Shown: positions 53,089 through 64,000 of the stretch, piece after piece
How the letters are laid out: each line of letters begins with the position of its first letter
How positions within the stretch are numbered: the first letter of the stretch is position 1
Assembly (NCBI GenBank): GCA_051294375.1
Contig: CM119269.1
Span: 12,680,790 to 12,744,789, forward strand
Reading direction: 5' to 3'
Origin: Paraspadella gotoi
Taxonomy: Eukaryota > Animalia > Chaetognatha
DNA length: 64,000 nucleotides
Notes under the pieces: generated by a model
Database searches by the model: none
What the model saw: the letters and a program-made list of their open reading frames with translations, nothing else
Told to the model about the DNA's origin: nothing
Made by a program: the position numbers and the translations under genes

Positions 53089-53643
53089 CAAACAAAATTG
53101 GCGAATGGATTTAAAAATAAAATAAAGGCCTCGTCCTTATTAAAATCATACGTCATCCCAGGATCGTGCATCCTCTCTTCAAGCAGATGGTGTGCTCGGA
53201 ATAGGTCGTCGCCCAAGACTCTCGATTTTCGACAATAGACGTCAGCAGGAATGCAGGTCTTTGATGTTGAGAATGGTGCAAGGAGCTATTGTGTAAATAG
53301 CGGAGACAGGCTGTCATTAAATATTATTCTTTTAATTTAACAGCTTTGTGACCAACGGTCCTAGGAGATTTCCACACTCTCGGCTGCAACTACAATGAAC
53401 ATACATAATGATCTTCTGATTGCAGACTTAAATAACTGGCTGAGGAGCCAGATGTGGCTCCTTCCTACTGACTTTTTTAACTTATCATTGAGCCAAAAGT
53501 ATTGTTAGAAATTGTTTTGTCTTAGTTATAGTGTTGCCACTGCACTGTTGCCTTAATTCATTCTTTTTCTTGTAATCACCATTGATTATTTTAATAAAAT
53601 CATTCCCAGTTAAGTCCTGCTTATTGTTCAGTAATTTACTATT

Positions 53644-56424
53644 TTAAGTAATAGTAGAAGTTCTAAAGTAACGGACGAGGGCTTCCATTTCACAGACAAA
53701 CTCTCGCGCCATTGTCCGCCCGAGCTTACCCGAAGTGCCGATCGCCTTCCAAAATCGAAAGTAATCATCAAAGTTGAGGCTGGTCGTCCAGTCCAGTAGC
53801 TCGTCCACCTCCCATTCCGCCACGGCGTCCGTTCCCGCCGCTTCCGCCGTCTCCGCAACGCCTTCCACAGCTTGACGGACTTGTTCGCCGAGATCCCCGC
53901 CCCTCGTCGAGACCTGTCGGAATTAAAAGGACAATTGGAAATTGATAGCATATATATTTAATAATAATTTTAAGGAATTCATGACCTCTTGTTTCGGTTG
54001 CATTAATCCCATTCCGTACATTTTCCGCATCCATTCAACTTTCCTGTGTTTTTTCCTTCGTAAAACATCTGCGAAGTGAAATGTCGAAAGTTGCTTTTTT
54101 GTTTATCCTCGGATCGCCGAGAATTTCTTCATACTTCATGCCATGTAATATAATATAATATGTCACCTTGCTTTTTGCGGAGTCTGTCGTGATAGGCGGG
54201 CGTGACTTTCCTCGCGGACTCCCACTGAATTCTGTCCGCGTCCAACCGAAGCAAAAGGCCATCGCTGACGGGTCTCCATCCGTTGTTCTCCACTCGCCTG
54301 TACCATCGCTGGTGATTTTCCGTCAGAGCCTGGAGATAAGAGGACCGTTTATAAGATGGGCTATCACTTTATGCGACCAAAACGACGGCTCCAGGAGGAG
54401 GGGGAGGAGTCCAGCACTCCTGTCACAAAAGTGGCAAGAACTGACAACCGCCCACCTCGTCAGCAGGCGAGAAGAGGGCAGCTGGCAGGCGTATCAGGCC
54501 AAAGAGACATTCGAGTAGCACTTGGAATGTTTCCGCAAGGAAGCCTCCCTAGCCCGACAATAACATGTTCGGTTCAATTGTCCTCTCAACCAATGACACG
54601 CCAATGACCCAGCCCCATCGCCCGAGCCTCTCATTTGTCCAAACCAAGGGGGGCCAGCTCACTTTGAGCTCTATCTTAACTCTTAATTTCTAACTTTAGT
54701 AACAATTCTTTACGCTAAATGTATTTTCTCACTTTCACATTTCATTTTCACCTTCACTTAAACTGATTTATTTATTAAATAGTTAATTGTTAATAACAGT
54801 TTAAACTTTATTTGTTGTACATTTGAAATGTAATATTATTTTCTCTCTCCCTGTCTCTCTCTCTCAATCTCTCTCACTCTGACCATTTCATTTCTTATTC
54901 AAAACTAAAATCTCTATCTGTCCTCATTCTTAACCTTTCCTCATTCTTAACCTTTCCTCACCACTTGACCACTATTCTTTTCTCAACTCTGTGTTGGAAA
55001 CTTTGCCCTCTCTCTCTCTCTCTCTCTCTCCCCCCCCCCTCCCTCCCTTCTTTCACACAAAAAACTGTCCAAATTTTCAGAAATCATTGACGCTGAAGAA
55101 GGCTTGTATCCAAAGCCGAAACATGTACGTTTTATGTGATAAAATAAAATTCGTTGTGAAACAAAATCATTTTGCCCCGATACATATAACAACGAAAAAG
55201 AAAGGTTATTACCCCAATAAAATCCAATAATTTTATCGACGAGATTTCTTCCTAGAAATTCATGCGTTTTTCCTTAAATGTTATTATTCCATTGTTAATA
55301 GGTTTCGTTGCTTATAACTTACTTGATGTAGCGGCAGTGGCAGATGAAGTTGGTGATTATGAATGAGACCTGGAGATGGTTTTTTCGTGCTTGCTTTAGT
55401 GTAATCCTTGGGCGAGCTGGCTCCTAGGTCCACCACCTTTAACGAAAACGGAAAAACACTTGTAAAACTGGAGAGCACACTTCCGGATTGCGTTCATTCT
55501 CTACTATATTCCGACCAAAACTTCAGCCCCATAATTCTTACCGGGTTGTGGGTAAAGATTTTGTAATAAATCCTAGGCGGAAAAGCGTCTCCCGCCAACC
55601 GGAACTTGACGTGAAATCCTCCGGCGCCATCCAGCAGCGCCGCCTCGCGAGGGTTCACGCAGCGCAGCATCTGACGAGGATCTCCCTCATAGCGGAAATT
55701 AATAGCATCCTTGTAGTATTGAAATACCTGTGGAACGATGTGGCGAGTGAGCTAATGAAAGTATATTTAGTTTTTATTTTCTGCGCAATAGACCTGACAG
55801 TCGATGTGACGCCTCCACGCACGCTGGATGATTTTCACTGCCACTTCTGGTTTCAAATTCTCGCGACGCTCCTGCAAATATAAACCAATAATAAGCAGAA
55901 CGCTAGAAGCGTACAATCACAAAAACAAAAGGCAAAATGCAATTTTTTAACTTCAAAGCATCGTGATTTCTTTAGTTAAATAGGGTTCAATCAAAATGAT
56001 GACTTTTCATCCGCCCCTGTCTCGATAATTACATTTTGACTTTAATCAATATTTTGAATGTATAAATTAAAATTCTGATCAACCTGAAGTTTCCTGAGTT
56101 TCTCCGCCTCATCCAACTGACGTCTGATTCTTCTCAGCTTCCTTCTGATGTCGTACCACCAGTTTTGGATGATTGTTGCTGAGAAGTCGTCGAAAGGAAG
56201 TGGCTCTTCCTCCATCTCTTCGCTGATTCGCGTAAATTTAAATAAATTTTTCTGTAAATAAGCAATATTTGATATGGCCAATTGACCATGCCGCCTCACC
56301 TAGTGGCGCAGTATGTTTTGTAAAACTTCCACAGTTTCGGGGCGACTGCTTGAGCCCGAGCTTTGGAGCGGCGCGCGGGACCACGTCCCCATGGTGGCGT
56401 CGTCGCTGCTACTGCTCGCGGCAT
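53644..56424 (-). CDS. C11orf65: MFI / C11orf65-like IQ-motif protein (3' end uncertain)
   Basis: AVKIIQRAWRRH; FQYYKDAINFRYEGDPRQMLRCVNPREAALLDGAGGFHVKFRLAGDAFPPRIYYKIFTHNP|VVDLGASSPKDY; WYRRVENNGWRPVSD; KHRKVEWMRKMY; AEWEVDELLDWTTSLNFDDYFRFWKAIGTS. These blocks are colinear with human C11orf65 as I recall it. Confidence 0.9.
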
Positions 56425-58138
56425 TTCGTGGTTTTCGCCACCATTAGTATTTCACAGCTGTCTGCGGTTTGTTTTTAACGAAAAAGGTATTCTTAAACTC
56501 GCGCACAAAAAACTAAGCTTATTATTATTAAATCCTTGGTCAAGACTGCAGCAGTGCTTACGTTTGGTGTTCAGAGCCGAATTGTTCATGTGCATATGGT
56601 ACGTATTCAATAGTCACTATTCATTCAGATTCAGTCGCTTTTGTTTATAACTTGATGTTTTTTTTTCATTTTCATCGTATCTACAAAAACAGAAAAAACT
56701 GAAGTAAAACTTTTCTATCTTTATGGTTTATTTTAAAGGTGACAAAAGAATGTTTTCTTTGAAAAATTATAAGATTTTAGGTAAATCGTAATGTTTTGGG
56801 GTATGACTAAATAACTTAGTTGTTGAATTAAATTGTGCAATAGGTAAGGGAAAATAACAAAAAATATTATGTAAGTTTTAAAAATAAGTAAAATGTTAGT
56901 TGTTTTATATTCGATGGAAAGTTTTTTTTTTTTAGTTTTAGTGGCCATCTAAGATACGGTCCAACTCCAAAACTGAAAAGTTATCTCAGATTATTGACAA
57001 AAATATTTTGAGGCATAAACTGTATATTTTTTTTAATGCCCAAACTATCTATACTATAAATATATTTTCCTTGCGTTAAAAAAATCCCGATAAATAAAAA
57101 AAATAGAAAAGTTATAGTAATCATTTTAAGTAGATTTTTGCCAATATTAATTTTAGTATTGGTTAATGTTGAGCCTTGAAAGTGACTGTACAAGTAGTTC
57201 ATTTGGACAACAAATTGAAACAACATCAGGTTAAAAGTTTACACTTTATTATCAAGGAAACAAAATATTACATTTATTAGAAAATGAATCATACAGTAGA
57301 AAAAAAGGCATTTGGTGGGACGGTGATACGGTAACATATTGAGTTATAATTGAGAATTACAAAATTGAGGCGGCTTATGGTAATTGTTAAGTCCCCTCAA
57401 TATCAAACTTTGGACGGAGGTTGCTCGAGCACTTTTGGTATGCAATTTGGATGCAGCACCAATTTTGTTGCACAACATTTAAAAAAAGTTATGTACATTG
57501 TATAAGCAAGTAAGAGAGTTTACAATCTATCGATATCAAACATTTTGGACGGATGATGATAAGGACACTTTAAGGTGAGCAACTTTGCGATGCGGCACCA
57601 ATAAATTAAGGCAATATCTTTATACAAGTTCAATGGTTTAAAAAAAAAAGATCTAGAAATATTTTCAACTAACTACTAAGATACATACTTTCTATAAAAT
57701 TGAAAAATTATATTTAGTGGTGATAAGGGTTAATCAATCAACAAAAAAATCCCTTATTTTTATTTTATTAAAAGAATTATTGAATCATGCATGGTACTAC
57801 AGAACATTGACGAAATAATTCAAATTCAGACCCGAGGAAGGACGGCCTAAAAACAAACACTGAGTTACAAATATTCTTCTCTTTTAAAGTACTAATTAAT
57901 ATTTATTTTTTAAAACTATCGTGCAATGAATGAAATTTGTGAGTTTAAAAAATTCTTATTACGTTAACACACTAATTTGCTTCAAATGGATAATCATCCT
58001 TGTATCATTTAAACCCTTCAACATAGGAAATATAGTAATAACTAATAAGCATTTTTTGAGCAAATATATTTTCTTTTTCTTGATCGCTAATTCTACCATC
58101 GACATTTGAAACAATTAAATAAAAGGAAGCTCCACCGT

Positions 58139-61100
58139 TCACATCTTGGCCACGACCTCCGCCAACACCTGCGAGTAATTGGTCTCTTCCCTCAGAAGCG
58201 GCAGAGTCACCAACTTGTCGCCCTCCGTCAAACACGTGGTCGACAAGGTCGGGGGCGTGGCTTCCTTGAAGGCGACGCCGAAGGATCGTCCGTCGAGATT
58301 GAGCGAAGGAAGAAGACCCTCGACCACGTTGTCCACGAGGTAAGGATCCTCGTCGATGAGCGCCTTCGTCGTCGTCGTTGACGAAGACGACGACGCCGTC
58401 TTTCGAGGACGCCCTCGCTTCGGCAGCGCCGATGACGCCGTATGTTTCTCCGGCGCCACGACGTCGAAGAGTCGGAGCAGTAGCTCTGGGTTGGACTCTT
58501 TCAACTCCACGGATGTGCGATGGCGACATGGCTCGTCCGAAGGGTCCACCTCCGCTGAAGAAAAAGACCTCGTCAAATATAATCGTGAAATATAAACCCT
58601 TGTGGCGGTATAGTCACACCGCCTCACGTCCACCATCCGTCAGCCAAATCCATTGGCTCAGAGGGGGAACACACCATCCCAGGCATAGTGTTCCATCCAC
58701 AATCCTAACGACTTCCCTCTGCGTTGGCAAAGCGAGACCGTCCTAGGGTAACCGCGCCAGTGACTGGAGGCGTCACTGAGGGTCGGAAGCCCCCAAAGCC
58801 AACAGTGAGATGCCCCATCCCAATGGGCATCACAGGCAACCCGGCTGTTGCCATACCCTCCCCCTAAAACCCTATCCCTGTTTTCTATCCACCTTACCTT
58901 CCTCGCCCGACCCCCACAGCGGAGGTAAGGGCCTCGAATCGTGATGAAGACTCGCGGGTGAGATTTTATGAGGAACGTTGGGCTGTTGCCAGAAAGAGAC
59001 GGGTAAGGCGCGCATCCGCATCGGAAGCGGCGCGTGTTTGGGGTGAAGATGATGCCGCGACTTGGGCACGCTCGTCGACGACGCCGGCGACAATGCCGAT
59101 AAAGAGGCGGCGACGATTTCCGGCGTCGATTCGTGACTCAAAGCCGGCTTTTTTGGCGCCGTCTCGGCTTCGCTCATGGGTGTTGTGGTTAAACGTTCGG
59201 TCGAGGAGGCTGTGGCGTTGCTGGGGACGGATTCGGCGGCGGCGGCGGAGGAGGCGGGGACGTCTCGTCTGATCGCGTAGGTTTTAACTCCGTCTTTGGA
59301 ATTGGTGAGGAAGAGGGAAGAGGAGGAGGAGGAGGATGAGGAGGAGGAAGAGTTGGATTGACGATTGATTTTGGGTCTGGACACATTGATTCTCGGCTGA
59401 GGATTTTGGGTCGAAGCTTGACAGGCGAACGCCTTGGAGAAGGAGCGAAGGGGCGGCTGGGCGTGGCCGAGGAACGTCGACGCGGCGCGGACGGGCGACG
59501 CGGCGCCGACGCTGCTGCTGCCGGTGCCGAACGAAGAGACGCTGACGCCGCTGGAGGAGGAAGGGGAGGGTGGGCTGCCGGTGTAGCAGTGGTCGACGTG
59601 GAGAAAAATCTGTGGGCAAGTGTGGGGAGAGGAGTGAGTGGTTAGTTTAGTGGAGTCAGGAGTGGGATATACAGTTGAGGGTTGGGTGAAGAATCAAGTT
59701 ATGAATAAAGAATTCAAAAAGATATTTAAAGAATTCATTTTCATGTGATTGAAAGATTGTATATATCTCGTTTTAGTTAATTTACTAAATTAGATTATGA
59801 AAAACGCTAAACAATCGATATTAGGAAGATAAGGTCGGTTAAAGGTCAGTCACCTGACCTTGGTTAAGGGTCGGTTATGACTTGGTTAAGATCAGGTACC
59901 TTGTTGCTGTTGTCGTTGTTGTCGCTGTAATTATATTGTGAAATATTAAGCTTAATTCCTTATCTAATTATGTTGTTTTCTGGAAATAGAGAAGCATTTA
60001 AGGGGACCCAGTGATAAAAATGATATCATAAGCTTAAGGGTCTATCATCAAAGGAATTTGAAATGGTGATAGTCATTAATTTTTCTTTGACGGAAAGTGG
60101 CAAAAAAAATTCCTATCTCTTAATGTAGCGGAAACAAAAATTTTATAATTATGAAAAAAAAATTTAGTTGACCCTACCTAAATATTTATATAATCCATTA
60201 TTTTATTTTTGCATTAGAAAGTATTTTTTACTAAATTCCAATTTTTTATTTTTTACTGTACAAAGCTATAATTTTAGGTTAAGCCTATTGAGCAAAGGCT
60301 TTACAAGACTAATATTTTTATATTTTTATATTTACTTAAAGCAGACAAATCAAAACCTAAATTCTATTCTTACAGAAACAAAACTGTAATAATTTATTAA
60401 TTTAATATTCATATTCATCCACTTAAATGTATAATTAAACTATATTGATTCCTAATTATAACAATTAAAAATTTAGCAAAAGTACAGAATCTTTTCTCTT
60501 CTTTTTATATTTATATTACTTCAAAGAGTTTATTTTCATCTAATTAACAGAATCATTTGAAAAAAAAAGTTTTAAATAAATCAGTCGATACTTAAATTTG
60601 ATTCATTCCTAGTTTTTTTTCTTATAAATTTTTGTAATAAAAGCTGAAAATCTTTTTAAAATTAGATCTTACCCTTTTTGGAAAAAAAAAATTTTAAACT
60701 TGAAAAAGATTTTCTTCTTACCGATTTTTTAAAGAAAATTAAGCTCGCTGTTTTTATCGAATTTTTTAACTACTTCCCAAATGATTAATAGAAGAAAAAA
60801 ACTTATATGATCAGAACCAGCTTAAGTTAAAGGGTCAAACGTTATGTTTTCAGCTTTTTACCCCCCCTGTTCACTTGTCCCCTTAAGTCCTATTGCCTGA
60901 TAAAAAGGATTTCTCTCATGGATTTCTAATAGTACAATTAGGAAAGACATATTAACACAATCGACTCAACCACCAAAACATTCCGCAATCACCCCCACCC
61001 CCTCCCGCACCCTCTTCCGCCACGCCCACCACTTCGCACGCCCACCCTTCTGCCACGCCCACCCCTTTCCTCCCGGACTTCCGGGTCTCGACGCTTCTTC

Positions 61101-61763
61101 GCCCGAATCCTCGTCCTCGACGTCGTCAACGCGACGCCGGTGACGCTTCGACGCCGCCGTTCGTCAAACGACGCCGCGCTCCCTACGATGACGCCGCGAC
61201 CGGAAATGGCGCCGGAACGTCCGGCGATGGCGCCGCCCATTCCTGGACGCCGACGAAAGGATCCGGCTTTGGGTTTTGGTCCGGACGGCGGGGCGATGGA
61301 GATGTGGGTCACCTTGAAGGAAATGAAAGATAAATGATGATTTTAATTAATAAATGATTTAAATTTTAATAATTAAATAATATTTGAATACAAATTCATA
61401 GCATTACTAATTATATTTAAGTGAAAAAAATACTTAATAAATAAATGTTGTATTATGAAATTGGTACTACTGATATAAAAATTATTCTTTTAACAAACAA
61501 GCCATCTTCAATCTTGTTTATTCTTTATCAAAAAAGAGATTCGAGAGACTAACCTCCCGATCCGCGACGACCAGTTCCGGTCTGATCCTCGTCAGCGCCA
61601 ACAACGAGTTTACGTCAAAGTCGAAATCGTCGTCCGTCAGAGTCGCCGAAAAGAAGGGGGCGGCGTCGAAGCGACGGCGCGGTGGGCGCGGTCGCCGTTG
61701 AACGACGACGCCGCCGATGGGCGTGGCTCGCGTCGTTTCCGGTTTCGGCATCAAGAGACTCAT
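58139..61763 (-). CDS. Uncharacterised protein with a TEAD-binding omega-loop-like motif, DHxY motif and AT-hook (5 exons)
   Basis: Phase-consistent exons ~61763-61554, ~61312-60993, micro-exon 59924-59900, ~59609-58898 and 58554-58139. Motifs: HVDHCY, PLPMRMRALPVSFWQQP, PKRGRPRK, and C-terminal NYSQVLAEVVAKM. Confidence 0.7.
58600..58856 (+). mobile_element. ~255-nt structured dispersed element carrying a twister ribozyme motif (copy A, in intron 58555-58897, antisense to the host)
   Basis: Second copy at 11772-12026 (minus). Hairpins: GGCGGT/ACCGCC, AGCCAA/TTGGCT, CAGAGGG/CCCTCTG, GATGCCC/GGGCATC, GGCAAC/GTTGCC. Confidence 0.85.
58723..58803 (+). ncRNA. Twister ribozyme, type P5 (predicted cleavage U58749^A58750)
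   Basis: P5 GTTGGC/GCCAAC; P2 CGC/GCG; conserved GA; T1 CCG/CGG; P1 CC-TAG-GG; U^AA; T2 GC/GC; P3 CAGTGAC/GTCACTG; P4 GGG/CCC; L4 TCGGAAGC. Confidence 0.82.
60002..60882. mobile_element. Non-autonomous TTAA-flanked DNA element (Kolobok-like)
   Basis: TTAA|GGGGACCCAGTGA ... TCACTTGTCCCC|TTAA: imperfect 12-13 bp TIRs beginning GG, TTAA on both sides (59998-60001 and 60883-60886), and an AT-rich non-coding interior. Confidence 0.55.
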
Positions 61764-62263
61764 GACCGTCGAAGGGGGGGTGAACTCGACTTGTGACTTT
61801 TTATTTAAATTAATTTTGCCATCATTGTTTAAAAAAACAGTTTATTTACAAAATGATTTTTGATGATTTCGTATTAGATTTAGTCGAATTTCAGTATTAA
61901 TTTCGCCATTGCCTTATTTGAAATAAATTTTTGTTTAAAATTAATATTCGTACTTTTTTCTTTAAAAAAAAGAAAAAAAAGAAATCGATTGTTTCGAAAA
62001 CGGACGAAGACAGAGAGAGACAGAGACAAAAAGAGACGAGTCACATATCTCTCTCTCTCTCTTGCCGATAAGAAAATCCGATAATATTTCGTCTCTTGCC
62101 TCCGGAACGGTCGATTGCGATGGCTACTGTTTATGTGTGTGTGTCTCTCTCTCTATTCCAGCCAATGCCGCCGCACCGACTCTCTCGTTCCGCGATGGGA
62201 CAGCTTTCCTGTCATCTGGAGGACATATGTCGTTTTCTCAGATCGCGTGTCGTAAGAAACGAG

Positions 62264-62298
<35 letters not shown>

Positions 62299-62627
62299 AG
62301 TCAGTGGCATTAGGGCAACTAAAAAATCAAGTGCCATCAACGGCATGACTTTTCTAAATATTAACAAACAAATGATTAAGTGCGGTTAGTGTACAAACCT
62401 AAAATTACATACATAAAAATATGATACTGACAATAATACAATGATATTGGGAAAAAACAACGGCGACGACGGAAAAAACCACAACAATGACAACAGCAAC
62501 GTTAATCTCAGGAGTCAGAGAGAAAAACAAAATCGCAACGATGACAAACGAAGATAACAACAACAACGACAAAGATCGTCTAGGGTCCGAGTCACTCGAC
62601 CGCGACTTTTTTTTTTTGCTCTCGGCG

Positions 62628-62715
<88 letters not shown>

Positions 62716-62800
62716 ATCCTTCCGTCACTCAATTCGTTTTCGATCTCTTTGTTTCTCTCTCTGTCTCTTTTCTTATGCCTCTCTATTCTCTCTCTCTCTC

Positions 62801-62865
<65 letters not shown>

Positions 62866-62868
62866 TCT

Positions 62869-62899
<31 letters not shown>

Positions 62900-64000
62900 T
62901 TTGAATTCGAATGATGCTACTAGTTAAACTGACATCACGCAAACGGTTTTTTTTGCTAACATTACGTCATATTTCGTTAAAATCTTTTGCTAAAAAAATC
63001 AGAAAAAAAAATCGATTTTGGAAATATTTCGTTTGTGGTCCAGTTGTTGTTGGCATTTGTTTGTTGGCTGTTGTTGTAGTTAAAACATAACAGACAACAA
63101 GCCGAGGAAATAACAAAGCCAATAGGTAATAAAAAATGGAGGTGACACTTACATTTACATTAATACCGCAGCGATGTATAATTTCTGGATCGTTTCGTCA
63201 TTTGAGAATCATGAAATTACTCGAGATAAAAAAAATGGCAACGATGACTTCGTTTTCGAAAAAGATAAAAAGACAAAAAGAAAAAAGACAAGTCGAGGCA
63301 AGTCTCCAATTGCTTCGTTGACTTGATATCTATGTTGACATGATTGAAAATGGGTTGGGGGAAGGGACGACCGCGCCCTCCTAATGATATGAATAAGATA
63401 TTTTTGATTTTAAATAATTGTATAGGAAAAATAATATCTAACAGACAATTAAAAAGAGACAAAATTGAAATAATTAAGACCGAAAACTTAAAATAGTAAA
63501 ACACGTAAATTAGTCATTATTATAGTTCGCTTACTCGGAAGCTCGGAAAGCGGAATTAAAAATAAAGAAGTCAACTTTTTTTAAATTTAAAAATGGCGTA
63601 AAAAAAGAAAGATAGAGAAGAAGATGAGGCTGAGTGAGATGACTTATTGACTGATCCGTCGTCGCTCGTTAAATTACAAAAAAATCACTAAGCGGCGCTG
63701 ATTCGATTTTCACTTTAATCTCACGATTCTTTCGGCTTCACTCCAGACTCCCACCTTCTCCCTTTTCACGGACGCGAAAGTTCCGAAGTTCAACGAGGAT
63801 TTTATATTCGCGAGATAACAACAACAACGACAGCGAAGAGGACAACGTCGACGATAGAAGGCGATAAAAAAATATTCTGTTCGCGCGTTAAGATAAACTG
63901 ACGATCGAATTGAAATCGCAACCTGAATTTCTCGTCGTGAAAAAAAAAGTAAACAAAGAAAAACAAAAGGGAAGCGTAGATCGTCTCGACGCGCAGATTA

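Noticed and set aside
53436-53462. Hammerhead-like CTGAGGA followed by a GCCA/TGGC stem
   Set aside because: The required GAAA after stem II is absent.
58602-58670. HDV/CPEB3-like ribozyme in the 5' part of the twister element (TCACGT, GT, hairpin, C)
   Set aside because: It resembles the L3 and P4 region, but I could not build the P1, P2 and P3 pairings, and the putative P1' differs between the two copies without compensation.

Overview
Eukaryotic, animal-type genomic DNA with GC-rich exons, short AT-rich GT-AG introns, very abundant (GA)n microsatellites and two N gaps. Recognisable spliced genes are CFAP74 (minus, 3' part missing), DRC2/CCDC65 (minus), CNOT9, cytosolic seryl-tRNA synthetase, RBPJ/Su(H), a SYNJ2BP/OMP25-like PDZ tail-anchored protein, an RRM-like protein, MFI/C11orf65 (minus) and an unnamed minus-strand protein with a YAP/FAM181-type TEAD-binding motif. 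The best finding is a ~255-nt hairpin-rich element found twice, each time inside an intron (11772-12026 minus, 58600-58856 plus). Its centre maps element by element onto a type-P5 twister self-cleaving ribozyme. The copy antisense to its host gene keeps the full catalytic core; the copy that is sense to the CFAP74 pre-mRNA has lost a core A. Other points of interest are an eEF1B-type GST-like domain fused to SerRS, CSL binding sites clustered around the CSL gene itself, several small TIR elements, and a ~5 kb inverted duplication centred on an N gap (probably an assembly artefact). All calls were made by eye; no searches or folding programs were run.
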